In this document: positions 30,324 to 39,864 of the stretch, in pieces | How positions within the stretch are numbered: the stretch's first letter is position 1 | How the letters are laid out: each line of letters opens with the position of its first letter | Assembly (NCBI GenBank): GCA_964394975.1 | Contig: CAYMZR010000002.1 | Coordinates: 8,979-72,978 of the forward strand | Direction of reading: 5' to 3' | Source: an uncultured Dehalococcoidia bacterium | Lineage (GTDB): Bacteria > Chloroflexota > Dehalococcoidia > Lucifugimonadales > UBA826 | DNA: 64,000 nt | The notes under the pieces: generated by a model | Database searches by the model: none | What the model was told of the DNA's origin: nothing | What the model saw: the letters and a program-made list of their open reading frames with translations, nothing else | Made by a program: the position numbers and the translations under genes

Positions 30324-30953
30324 CTACACCGCGCCTTTGGGCCAAGGTGGCTGAGGACGTTTGACTTCCCCTATATAGGACCTGCTTTCAAACAGACCAA
30401 GAAAATGTGTGAATGCATCTAGCGATTCCTCTTCAGGCGGAATAAATGTTTTCAAATAGGCAGATTGCCCATTATCAAAAATAAAAGTTGGGGTTCCAAA
30501 GGCTCCATGAACCTCCGTTGCTTCGGTATGATCTCCCGCAATTATTTTTACTAACTCAGAATCCTTCATATCGGATTGAAACTTCTCAGCATCCAATCCA
30601 CATTCTTCAGCTATTTGAACAAACAAAGATTCATCGTTAAGCGGAGCTCTATCCCCACCGTGCCTTGCAGTAAGAAGGGCAAGGAAAAATTTATCGAATA
30701 GCTCCGGACCTTGTCTTTTCGCTGCCTCACCTGCTATTGAGGCCATTAAAGACCTGGTTGTACTATAATCCTCTTCCTGCCAAACTCGCCAATCACCTGG
30801 ATCTTTTGCGTTTATTTGTTGCAGTGAAAAATTCCTCCAATTAAGTTGAAGATTTTCACCATAATGTTCTTTGACTTTATCCAGCCACACGGCTGCATTG
30901 TAAACATAAGGTCAAGCAAAATCGAAAAATACGTCGAATTCCATTTTATCCAT
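30324..30953 (-). CDS. DsbA-fold (FrnE / HCCA isomerase / GST-kappa-like) protein with an in-frame TGA at the active-site position; candidate selenoprotein
   Basis: The ORF track starts at the GTG at 30890. The same frame upstream reads ATG(30953)...MDKMEFDVFFDFA-TGA(30914-30912)-PYVYNAAVWLDKV. This restores the missing N-terminal FDFx[C/S]P[FY]xY motif with TGA on the nucleophile. GGGAGAG lies just upstream of the ATG, and a hairpin lies 16 nt after the TGA. Confidence 0.6.
30879..30898 (-). promoter_or_regulatory. candidate bacterial SECIS hairpin
   Basis: The mRNA reads 5'-AAUG CAGCC GUGU GGCUG GAUA-3'. It forms a 5-bp G/C-rich stem with a GUGU loop, plus 2 further A-U pairs below a G.G mismatch. 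The stem starts 16 nt downstream of the in-frame UGA. Confidence 0.45.
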
Positions 30954-31074
30954 GTGACTCTCCCGTTTTTGTAAGTACGCTATCGTTAGTTTACCGTAAT
31001 TTATCAGCAATAATAAAACAATTTCTGAAAACTGATTTATTCCCCGATTTATTCAATGTTGTTGCTCTCCGAGT

Positions 31075-31092
31075 TGTTACACTTCGTTAACA
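31075..31092. promoter_or_regulatory. inverted repeat TGTTA-N8-TAACA (possible operator) in the long glnA upstream region
   Basis: TGTTACACTTCGTTAACA was read directly. It resembles, but does not match, the TnrA/GlnR (TGTNA-N7-TNACA) and NtcA (GTA-N8-TAC) site geometries. Confidence 0.2.
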
Positions 31093-31283
31093 TGGACGCA
31101 ATATGAAGGCAACAAAGCAATTAGATAATCGACGATCATTAAATCATTAATAGGGAGCACCAATAGTAAGCTCGGTCCAGCAATAATATACAGGAAAGTA
31201 GAAAAATACGAAGGATTGCTAATATCGCAAGCGAGTCAGCAGAATTACTTAAATTAATGAATATTAATGGTTGTAAAATTTGT

Positions 31284-31312
31284 TTGACACTTTTTTCACA
31301 AATGATTACTCT
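31284..31312 (+). promoter_or_regulatory. candidate sigma70-type promoter for glnA
   Basis: TTGACA (31284-31289), a 17-nt spacer, then TACTCT (31307-31312), about 70 nt upstream of the ATG at 31383. An AAAGGA SD precedes the start. Confidence 0.4.
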
Positions 31313-31382
31313 TTAATGCCTATATTTTGGCTATACACGAAGCAAAAACAACACACCAGAGCCCTCTAAAAAGGATTTCTGT

Positions 31383-32720
31383 ATGCTGGAAAGGAACGGT
31401 GAAGCAGTTGAATACGCTCTTAGAGAAGCGCGGGAAAATGACGTAAAATTCATCCGTCTCTGGTTCACCGACATTTTAGGCAGCATCAAAGGTTTCGCAA
31501 TTACCGTTGAAGAACTCGAGAACGCTCTTACAAGAGGCATGGGCTTTGACGGGTCTGCCATCGAAGGATATGCGAGGGAGGATGAAAGAGACCTGTACGC
31601 GCTCCCCGACCCTACAACCTTCAACATATTACCTTGGCGCCCAAAAACTAACGCCGTTGCAAGAATGTTCTGCGACATTGTCACACCTGATGAAAAGCCA
31701 TTCGAAGGTGATCCTAGAAATGTGCTAAGAAGAAACTTGAAAAAAGCTTCAGATAAAGGTTATACCTATTATGTGGCTCCTGAGATTGAGTATTTTTATT
31801 TCAAAGACGAAAAAAGTACAGATTTTCTCGATTCCAGTGAATACTTTGACCAAATAACTCCTAATCCAGGAACTGACCTTAGAAGAGAGACCGTTCTCAC
31901 CCTGGAAGAATTAGGTATACCTGTTGAATCAAGCCACCATGAAGCAGCACCAAGTCAACACGAGATAGATTTGAGGCATACCGACGCGTTAACGATGGCC
32001 GATACTGTTATGACTTACAAATTAGTTGTAAAAGAGATCGCCTCCAGCCATGGCTATTTCGCCTCCTTTATGCCGAAACCTGCCTCAGGGATAAATGGAA
32101 ACGGAATGCACACACAAATGTCTCTGTCCAAAGGGGACGAAAACATTTTTTATGGAGAAAATGATCAACATCGTCTCTCGGACACGGGACGTCAATTCTG
32201 CGCAGGTCTGTTAAGGCACGCTAGAGAAATAACACTGGTTACCAACCAATGGGTGAATTCATATAAACGCCTGGTTCCAAGCTACGAGGCCCCGACCTAC
32301 GTAACTTGGGCTGAAGTTAACAGGTCAGACTTAATCAGAATCCCATCATACAAGCCAGGGAGAGAATCCTCACGAAGAATAGAGTACAGAGCACCTGATC
32401 CTGCCTGCAATCCATACCTTGCATTCAGCGTTATGCTATCTGCAGGATTGGAAGGAATAGAAAAGGAATACGAATTACCTCGGTCTCTAGAAAAAAGTGC
32501 TCATGATATGACAAGTTTTGAGCTTAAAGAGTTAGGCATAGAATCCTTACCAGGAAACCTTTGGGAAGCTATTCAAGTTACAGAACAAAGTGACTTAGTA
32601 AAAAAAGCTCTCGGGCAGGATGTTTTCAATAGTTTCATAGAAAATAAAAAGATTGAATGGGATAGATATAGCGGACAAATTTCACAATATGAATTAGACA
32701 GGTATTTACCCACCCTATAA
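31383..32720 (+). CDS. glnA: glutamine synthetase, type I (short, about 445 aa form)
   Basis: FIRLWFTDILGSIKGF beta-grasp, NGNGMHTQMS, and RIEYRAPDPACNPYLAF. Confidence 0.95.
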   Translation: MLERNGEAVEYALREARENDVKFIRLWFTDILGSIKGFAITVEELENALTRGMGFDGSAIEGYAREDERDLYALPDPTTFNILPWRPKTNAVARMFCDIVTPDEKPFEGDPRNVLRRNLKKASDKGYTYYVAPEIEYFYFKDEKSTDFLDSSEYFDQITPNPGTDLRRETVLTLEELGIPVESSHHEAAPSQHEIDLRHTDALTMADTVMTYKLVVKEIASSHGYFASFMPKPASGINGNGMHTQMSLSKGDENIFYGENDQHRLSDTGRQFCAGLLRHAREITLVTNQWVNSYKRLVPSYEAPTYVTWAEVNRSDLIRIPSYKPGRESSRRIEYRAPDPACNPYLAFSVMLSAGLEGIEKEYELPRSLEKSAHDMTSFELKELGIESLPGNLWEAIQVTEQSDLVKKALGQDVFNSFIENKKIEWDRYSGQISQYELDRYLPTL

Positions 32721-32742
32721 CGGAGTTTGAAATAGAATCCAA

Positions 32743-35700
32743 ATGAAAAGACCGTATCAACACCCAGATTTACAGCGACCTACGAAACAAGGGCTTTATG
32801 ATCCGGCTTTCGAACACGATGCCTGTGGTGTGGCAATGGTAGCCAATATAAAAGGCGTAAAATCACACCAAATCGTAAAACAAGGCCTTGAAGCATTAAC
32901 CAATTTAGAGCACAGGGGAGCTGCTGGTGCTGATCCTGAGACAGGAGATGGGGCTGGAATCTTGGTCCAAATTCCAGATGATTTCTTTAGATCGCAATCA
33001 GAGATCTGGGATACCACCTTACCAAAACAAGGAAAATATGGCGTAGGAATGACCTTCTTACCGATGGACACTGAAGTATCAAGTGAATGTAAACAAATAA
33101 TAGAAAAATGTGTCTCTGAAGAAAATATGGAATTGCTGCGATGGCGAACAGTTCCCGTCGACACCATCAAAATCGGAGTCTTAGCTAATCAATCTATACC
33201 AAGAATTGAACAGTTTTTTGTCCAGCCGGTAAATCAAACTGACGAACAAGCCTTTGAAATAAATTTATTCATTCTGAGACGTTCTATTGAGAAGGCAATA
33301 GCTGAAGTTATCTCTCCTGACTATGAGGAAGATTTCTATATCTGCTCATTGTCATGCAACAAAGTAGTATACAAAGGGCTTGTAATGGCCCATCAACTAG
33401 AAGGGTTTTATCCTGATTTGGTGGACGCCAACTTCAAGACTTCTTTCTCATTAGTGCACTCAAGGTTTAGTACCAATACTCTAGGCACTTGGAAACTTGC
33501 ACATCCATACAGATATGTAATCCACAACGGCGAAATCAATACTCATAGAGGAAACGTCAATTGGATGTCTTCTAGAGAAAAAGTTTTCCAATCCGATGAT
33601 ATGGGAGATGGTATAGAAAAAATTACCCCCTTAATTCGACCAGATCAGAGTGATACAGCATCTCTCGACAATGCCCTAGAACTACTGCTGTCGACTGGTA
33701 GATCAATAGAACACGCGATGATGATGTTGATACCAGAGGCATGGGGCGATCACATACCAATGGACCAGACCAAAAAGGATTTCTATGAGTATCATGCCAG
33801 CATGATGGAGCCTTGGGATGGTCCTGCCCTGGTAATTGGTACGGACGGTACAAAGGTATGCGCCGTTCTAGACAGAAATGGTCTGAGGCCCTGCAGATAT
33901 TTGGTCACGGCTGATGATTTATTGGTGATGGGTTCTGAGACAGGCATAATCGACATACCCGCAGAAAAAGTGCTCTTTAAAGAAAGAATCTACCCTGGAC
34001 GAATGTTTTTACTGGATACAGAAAAAGGGGAAATAATTAATGACTCAGAGTTGAAAAGGAACCTCTCCAAACAAAAGCCTTATGGGGAATGGTTGAAAAC
34101 CAATCGAGTGTTTTTAGACGACCTGCCGACCGGTCCGGTTTTGCCGACTAATGATCATGAAACCCTTAAAAACAAACAAAACACTTTTGGATACACTTTG
34201 GAAGATTTCCGGATAATTATGGAACCAATGGCTAGTAATGCTTATGAACCTACAGGTTCCATGGGTAATGATGTCCCACTAGCGTTTCTTTCAGACAAAA
34301 ACCCTATTCTATTCAATTATTTCAAACAACTTTTTGCCCAAGTGAGCAACCCTCCGTTAGATGCAATTAGAGAGGAGTTGGTCACTTCGCTTAGAGCAAC
34401 CATTGGTGAAGAAAGAAATCTGTTTACAGAAACTCCGGAACATTGCCGGCAAATAACCTTAAAAAGACCCATTATAGACAATGAGGAGCTTTCCAAAATA
34501 CGGGCTTGCACTCTCGATGGTCTAAATTCTGTCACGATAGACATGGTTTTTGACCCAAACGATGACAACGGTCTAAAAAAAGCAATGGATGCAGTGCAAG
34601 CGCAATCTTCAGCAGCAATTCAAAATGGTGCCAATATCATCATTTTATCCGACAGAGAAATTAACGAAGAAAAAGCGCCAATACCAAGTCTTTTAGCAAC
34701 ATCAGGCGTTCACCATCATTTGATAAAAGAAGGAATTCGTAGCAAGGTTGGCCTCGTAGTGGAAACCGGAGAGGCGCGAGAAGTAACACATTTCGGATTA
34801 CTTATTGGGTTTGGTGCAGGAGCCATTAACCCATATCTAGCATTTGAAACTATCTCCGACCAGATAAATAACGAAGAATACCTAATTGATATAAGCCCTG
34901 AAAAAGCAGTCGACAATTTTCTCGCCGCATCTCAAAAGGGTGTCTTGAAAATAATGTCTAAAATGGGAATTTCCACTATACAAAGTTACAGGGGGGCTCA
35001 AATTTTTGAAGCTGTTGGCTTAAACCAACAAACCGTTGAAGAATACTTCACTGGCACCCCTTCCAGAGTTGGTGGAATAGGGATCAAAGAACTTCAAACA
35101 GAAGCTGTAAACCGACATACAGTGGGTTTTGGAAATACCAAATCTGAAAGGAACCTTGAAGCCGCCTTAGAAATAGATCCTGGAGGGCAGTATCAGTGGA
35201 GACGAGATGGTGAATTTCACATGTGGAATCCGACCACAATATCCTCCTTGCAACACGCTGTTAAGACCAATAGTTGGAATTCATATGAAGAATTTGCTGA
35301 ACACGTAGATGATGAGAGCATAAGATTAAGCACCATTAGAGGTCTTTTAGATTTTAAATACGCCCAAGACTCCATCTCGATTGAGGAAGTAGAAGATGCA
35401 TCAGAAATAGTGAAACGGTTTGCTACAGGCGCAATTTCATTGGGATCTATAAGTAGAGAAGCCCATGAAACTATGGCTATTGCGATGAACCGAATTCAAG
35501 CGAGAAGCAATACAGGGGAAGGTGGAGAGGACTCCACCCGATACATCCTTGACGATAACGGCGACTCCCGAAATAGCGCTGTAAAACAGGTCGCATCAGG
35601 CCGATTCGGCGTAACCATAAATTATTTGTCAAATGCAAAAGATCTACAAATTAAGATGGCTCAAGGTGCAAAGCCGGGTGAAGGTGGACAGTTACCTGGA

Positions 35701-37287
35701 CACAAAGTAGACGATTATATTGGTGGAGTAAGGAATTCGACGCCAGGGGTGGAGCTCATATCACCTCCCCCTCACCATGATATTTACTCAATAGAAGACC
35801 TTGCTCAACTTATCCATGATCTTAAAAATTCAAACCCCGAAGCTCGTATCCATGTAAAACTTGTGGCGGAGTCAGGAGTCGGAACGATTGCCGCGGGAGT
35901 TTCAAAAGGCCATGGTGATGTAGTCCTAATAAGTGGCCACAGCGGGGGTACTGGTGCATCTCCAGAATCCTCAATTAAGCATGCAGGATTGCCATGGGAG
36001 TTGGGGGTAGCAGAAACGCAACAGGTCCTAGTGATGAACGATTTGAGAGGCAGGATAGTTGTCCAAACAGATGGTCAAATAAAAACGGGACGAGATGTGG
36101 CCATAGCGTGCCTACTAGGTGCGGAAGAATTTGGTCTTGCCACAGGACCTTTAATTTCGATGGGATGCATAATGCTAAGAAAATGCCATCTGAATACCTG
36201 TTCAGTTGGAATTGCTACTCAGGACCCAGAACTTCGTAAGAAATTTGCCGGTCAGCCTGAACACGTTATCAACTACTTTTTCTTCATTGCTGAACACTTA
36301 AGACAAATAATGGCAGATCTAGGGTTAAGAACTGTAAACGAGATGGTTGGAAGGGTGGATTTATTGGATTCCAAAGCAGCGATTGATCATTGGAAAACCA
36401 ACGGATTGGATTGGTCCCACTTGCTTCACATGCCTGCAGTTCCAAAAGGAGTGGCTAGGTATTGCATTACAGATCAAGACCATGGGCTGGAGAAGGCACT
36501 AGATAACACTTTGATAAAAGAAGCCGATGAAGCTTTAAAAAATGCATCTAAAGTTACGATCAGCAAAAGCATAAACAATTCCCATAGAACTGTAGGGACT
36601 ACTTTGAGTCACAAAATTGCGAAAGAATATGGTGAAGATGGTCTGCCAAATGAAACTATAAATTTGGATTTTGAAGGTTCAGGGGGACAGAGTTTTGCGG
36701 CTTTCCTTAGTAAAGGTATATCCATACATTTAAAGGGAGATGCAAACGACTATTTTTGCAAAGGCCTTTCTGGAGGCCACGTCACTATAGAACCTCCAAA
36801 TGCTTCAAAATTCATTCCTGAAGAAAACATAATTATTGGGAATGTCGCATTGTATGGAGCAACTGGAGGGCAAGTTTTCATAAGAGGGATAGCTGGTGAA
36901 AGATTTGCCGTCAGAAATAGTGGAGCAGAAACGGTTGTAGAAGGTGTGGGAGACCACGGCTGCGAGTATATGACAAGAGGCAAGGTAGTGGTATTAGGGC
37001 CTACGGGAAGAAATTTTGCAGCTGGTATGAGTGGCGGAGAAGCGTATGTGCTCGATGAGGCGGGAAATTTTGAGTCTCTCTGCAATAAAGGGTTGGTAGA
37101 TTTAGATCCAGTAACAGCAGAAGATGACATAGCCAATTTAAAGAGACTTATAGAAAAACATAAAAATCAAACAGGTAGCCAAAATGCTATCCGTATATTA
37201 AAAAACTGGGATGAAAGTTTGGGCAAATTCGTGAAAGTAATGCCAAGAGATTACAAACGCGTTCTCGCAGAAAAAAATAAATTATAA
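32743..37287 (+). CDS. gltB: glutamate synthase large subunit
   Basis: FEHDACGVAMVA Ntn-amidotransferase cysteine, an FMN/synthase domain (GEGGQLPG, SGHSGGTGASP), and a C-terminal beta-helix domain. The protein is 1514 aa. Confidence 0.97.
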   Translation: MKRPYQHPDLQRPTKQGLYDPAFEHDACGVAMVANIKGVKSHQIVKQGLEALTNLEHRGAAGADPETGDGAGILVQIPDDFFRSQSEIWDTTLPKQGKYGVGMTFLPMDTEVSSECKQIIEKCVSEENMELLRWRTVPVDTIKIGVLANQSIPRIEQFFVQPVNQTDEQAFEINLFILRRSIEKAIAEVISPDYEEDFYICSLSCNKVVYKGLVMAHQLEGFYPDLVDANFKTSFSLVHSRFSTNTLGTWKLAHPYRYVIHNGEINTHRGNVNWMSSREKVFQSDDMGDGIEKITPLIRPDQSDTASLDNALELLLSTGRSIEHAMMMLIPEAWGDHIPMDQTKKDFYEYHASMMEPWDGPALVIGTDGTKVCAVLDRNGLRPCRYLVTADDLLVMGSETGIIDIPAEKVLFKERIYPGRMFLLDTEKGEIINDSELKRNLSKQKPYGEWLKTNRVFLDDLPTGPVLPTNDHETLKNKQNTFGYTLEDFRIIMEPMASNAYEPTGSMGNDVPLAFLSDKNPILFNYFKQLFAQVSNPPLDAIREELVTSLRATIGEERNLFTETPEHCRQITLKRPIIDNEELSKIRACTLDGLNSVTIDMVFDPNDDNGLKKAMDAVQAQSSAAIQNGANIIILSDREINEEKAPIPSLLATSGVHHHLIKEGIRSKVGLVVETGEAREVTHFGLLIGFGAGAINPYLAFETISDQINNEEYLIDISPEKAVDNFLAASQKGVLKIMSKMGISTIQSYRGAQIFEAVGLNQQTVEEYFTGTPSRVGGIGIKELQTEAVNRHTVGFGNTKSERNLEAALEIDPGGQYQWRRDGEFHMWNPTTISSLQHAVKTNSWNSYEEFAEHVDDESIRLSTIRGLLDFKYAQDSISIEEVEDASEIVKRFATGAISLGSISREAHETMAIAMNRIQARSNTGEGGEDSTRYILDDNGDSRNSAVKQVASGRFGVTINYLSNAKDLQIKMAQGAKPGEGGQLPGHKVDDYIGGVRNSTPGVELISPPPHHDIYSIEDLAQLIHDLKNSNPEARIHVKLVAESGVGTIAAGVSKGHGDVVLISGHSGGTGASPESSIKHAGLPWELGVAETQQVLVMNDLRGRIVVQTDGQIKTGRDVAIACLLGAEEFGLATGPLISMGCIMLRKCHLNTCSVGIATQDPELRKKFAGQPEHVINYFFFIAEHLRQIMADLGLRTVNEMVGRVDLLDSKAAIDHWKTNGLDWSHLLHMPAVPKGVARYCITDQDHGLEKALDNTLIKEADEALKNASKVTISKSINNSHRTVGTTLSHKIAKEYGEDGLPNETINLDFEGSGGQSFAAFLSKGISIHLKGDANDYFCKGLSGGHVTIEPPNASKFIPEENIIIGNVALYGATGGQVFIRGIAGERFAVRNSGAETVVEGVGDHGCEYMTRGKVVVLGPTGRNFAAGMSGGEAYVLDEAGNFESLCNKGLVDLDPVTAEDDIANLKRLIEKHKNQTGSQNAIRILKNWDESLGKFVKVMPRDYKRVLAEKNKL

Positions 37288-37306
37288 AACAGGGCAATAT
37301 TAGTTA

Positions 37307-38764
37307 ATGGGTAAACCAACAGGTTTCAAAGAATTCAAGAGGTCAACACCAGATCGGTTTCCTATATCTCTTAGATTGGGCAACTATGACGAATTTTATA
37401 AAGAATGGGACGAAAAAGATGCCCAGGACCAGGGAAGCAGGTGTATGAACTGCGCAGTACCTTTTTGCATGGGAGGGTGCCCTCTCGGAAACATCATCCC
37501 GGATTTTAATGACCTCGTATATAAAGGGAAATGGGAAGAAGCACTAAAAGAGCTGCATTCTACGAACAACTTTCCCGATTTTACGGGCAGAATATGCCCT
37601 GCACCTTGCGAGGCATCATGTGTGCTTAACATAAACGAAGATCCAGTAACCATCGAGTATATTGAAAAAGAAATCGTAGACAGAGGATGGCGGGAAGGTT
37701 GGATAAGTTCCTCTCCACCTAAAATACGTACAGGCAAGATGGTAGCGGTAGTGGGGTCCGGTCCCGCTGGTTTGGCTTCAGCCCAACAACTAAACAGAGC
37801 AGGGCATCAGGTTACTGTATATGAAAAAAATGACAGAATTGGCGGTCTTCTAAGACTAGGAATTCCAGATTTCAAATTAGAGAAGAAAGTCGTGCAAAGA
37901 CGAGTGGACCAGATGGAAGCAGAAGGAATCACATTCATCACCAATGCCTACATTGGAAGAGATATTCCAATAAAACGTTTGATTGACGAAAATGACGCAG
38001 TGATACTCACGGGAGGATCAACTATTCCGAGAAATCTGCCCGTGGCTGGAAGAGATCTGAATGGCGTTCATTTCGCGATGGACTTTCTAACTCAGCAAAA
38101 TAAGATCAACAGTGGAGGCAACGTTGCCCCATCAGAAAGAATATCCGCCGAAGGAAAAAGAGTGGTGATACTTGGTGGAGGAGATACAGGTTCAGATTGT
38201 CTCGGCACGGCCCATCGCCAAGGAGCCGAAATAGTCCACCAACTTGAATTATTACCCCAGCCTCCGTTGGAAAGACAAGATGAGGACATGTGGCCCAATT
38301 GGCCCATGACTTTAAGAACTTCTTCATCTCACGAAGAAGGAGGGCACAGAGATTACAACATTCTTACAAAAAAATTTTCCGGTGAAAATGGCCAATTAAA
38401 AAAATTACATGGGGTCAGGTTGGAATGGGGAGACCCAGACGAGAGTGGTCGCCCGAAAATGATTGAAACTGACGGAAGTGAATTCGAGCTAGAAGCCGAT
38501 CTTGTACTTTTAGCCATGGGATTTTTACATCCAGAACATGATGGAATGCTAGCTGACGCTGGAATCGAATTAGACGGTCGTGGGAATGTGGGTACTGACG
38601 AAAACAAAATGACAAACATCCCTGGTGTTTTTGCTGCTGGAGATATGTCCAGAGGCCAATCATTGGTGGTCTGGGCTCTAGCCGAAGGACGGGAAGCCGC
38701 GCGTGGGGTAGACCAGTACTTGATGGGATCATCCACATTACCTAGGTCAGCCAGTACTTATTAG
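37307..38764 (+). CDS. gltD: glutamate synthase small subunit (NADPH-dependent)
   Basis: CMNCAVPFC and CPLGN Fe-S motifs, VAVVGSGPAGLA, and AAGDMSRGQSLVVWA. Confidence 0.95.
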   Translation: MGKPTGFKEFKRSTPDRFPISLRLGNYDEFYKEWDEKDAQDQGSRCMNCAVPFCMGGCPLGNIIPDFNDLVYKGKWEEALKELHSTNNFPDFTGRICPAPCEASCVLNINEDPVTIEYIEKEIVDRGWREGWISSSPPKIRTGKMVAVVGSGPAGLASAQQLNRAGHQVTVYEKNDRIGGLLRLGIPDFKLEKKVVQRRVDQMEAEGITFITNAYIGRDIPIKRLIDENDAVILTGGSTIPRNLPVAGRDLNGVHFAMDFLTQQNKINSGGNVAPSERISAEGKRVVILGGGDTGSDCLGTAHRQGAEIVHQLELLPQPPLERQDEDMWPNWPMTLRTSSSHEEGGHRDYNILTKKFSGENGQLKKLHGVRLEWGDPDESGRPKMIETDGSEFELEADLVLLAMGFLHPEHDGMLADAGIELDGRGNVGTDENKMTNIPGVFAAGDMSRGQSLVVWALAEGREAARGVDQYLMGSSTLPRSASTY

Positions 38765-38845
38765 TTCCTTCTTAAGAAACAAACTCACAGAAATATCAAT
38801 CAAAAAATCGAGGTGACACGAATTACTCAAAATCAGGAGGATACT

Positions 38846-39859
38846 ATGAGTAAATTAAAGGTAGCTATGATATCCAGAAGTACGCCGGAAACAGGTCTGG
38901 TAGAACAACAGCTGGAAGGAATTGATTGTGAATTTGACAGTTATGTTTGTCAAAGTGAAGGTGAAACGATAGAGGCTGTGAAAGGGGCTGATGTAATAAT
39001 CAATCAAGGGGTCCCAATGCCTAACACAGTGATAGATGAAATAGATTCCGCACAAGCAATTGTCAGTTTCGGACATGGCTTTAACCATATCGATCATGAG
39101 TCAGCTACTGAAAATTCAGTTATGGTGGTAAATACGGCAGGTTTTTGCACAGAAGAAGTTTCAAACCACGCGATAATGTTCATATTGTCTTGTGCAAAAA
39201 AACTTACCCTACTCAATGACCTAACAAAAGCTGGTAAATGGGGTTCTGAAACTGGGCCTGTTATTTCTAATATGGTGCCCATTACAGACCAAACGCTTGG
39301 CCTTGTATCTTTAGGTAACATAGGACGAGCCGTTGCCAGAAAAGCGCAGGCTCTAGGTATGGATGTTATCGCATACGACCCCTATGTCCAACCTTGGATC
39401 GCAAAAGAATACCGTGTGGAATTAGTCAGTTCTCTCAAAGAACTTGCATCAAGATCCGATTTCGTTTCCATGCACACCCCATTGAACAATCAAACTAGGC
39501 ATTTAGTAGGGGCCGACTTTTTCTCGGCCATGAAACCAACCGCCTATTTCATAAATACCTGCAGAGGAAGTACTGTTGACGAAGAAGCTTTAATAAAGGC
39601 ACTGGAAAATAACCAATTTGCGGGAGCCGGCCTAGATGTTTTTGATATTGAACCAACGACAGATAATCCATTATTTCATATGGACAATGTTATGGTTACA
39701 CCACACTCAGCCGGGACGTCAAACAGGGCGATAGTTGCGTCTCAAATACAGGTCGGCCAAGAGGCCGCTCGACTGCTGAAAGGATCTTGGCCTATGTCGT
39801 TAGTTAATCCTGAAGTGAGATCTAGTATTGACATTCGGTCTCTCGCCACTAGAGACTAA
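38846..39859 (+). CDS. D-isomer-specific 2-hydroxyacid dehydrogenase (SerA/CtBP-like)
   Basis: GLVSLGNIGRAVARKA NAD motif, SMHTPL, FINTCRGSTVDEEAL, GAGLDVF..EP, and TPHSAG. The ATG at 38846 follows an AGGAGG SD, whereas the ORF-track start is the GTG at 38813. Confidence 0.88.
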   Translation: MSKLKVAMISRSTPETGLVEQQLEGIDCEFDSYVCQSEGETIEAVKGADVIINQGVPMPNTVIDEIDSAQAIVSFGHGFNHIDHESATENSVMVVNTAGFCTEEVSNHAIMFILSCAKKLTLLNDLTKAGKWGSETGPVISNMVPITDQTLGLVSLGNIGRAVARKAQALGMDVIAYDPYVQPWIAKEYRVELVSSLKELASRSDFVSMHTPLNNQTRHLVGADFFSAMKPTAYFINTCRGSTVDEEALIKALENNQFAGAGLDVFDIEPTTDNPLFHMDNVMVTPHSAGTSNRAIVASQIQVGQEAARLLKGSWPMSLVNPEVRSSIDIRSLATRD

Positions 39860-39864
39860 ATGCA

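Noticed and set aside
31081-31240. Possible glutamine riboswitch (glnA RNA motif) or small peptide ORFs (for example the 15-codon ATGAAGGCAACAAAG... ORF) in the long glnA upstream region.
   Set aside because: I only see short 4-bp hairpins (CGUU..GACG, UUGC..GCAA) and no convincing match to the conserved glnA-motif core as I remember it. The element would also lie upstream of the best promoter candidate. The mini-ORFs lack Shine-Dalgarno sequences. A covariance-model scan is needed to decide.
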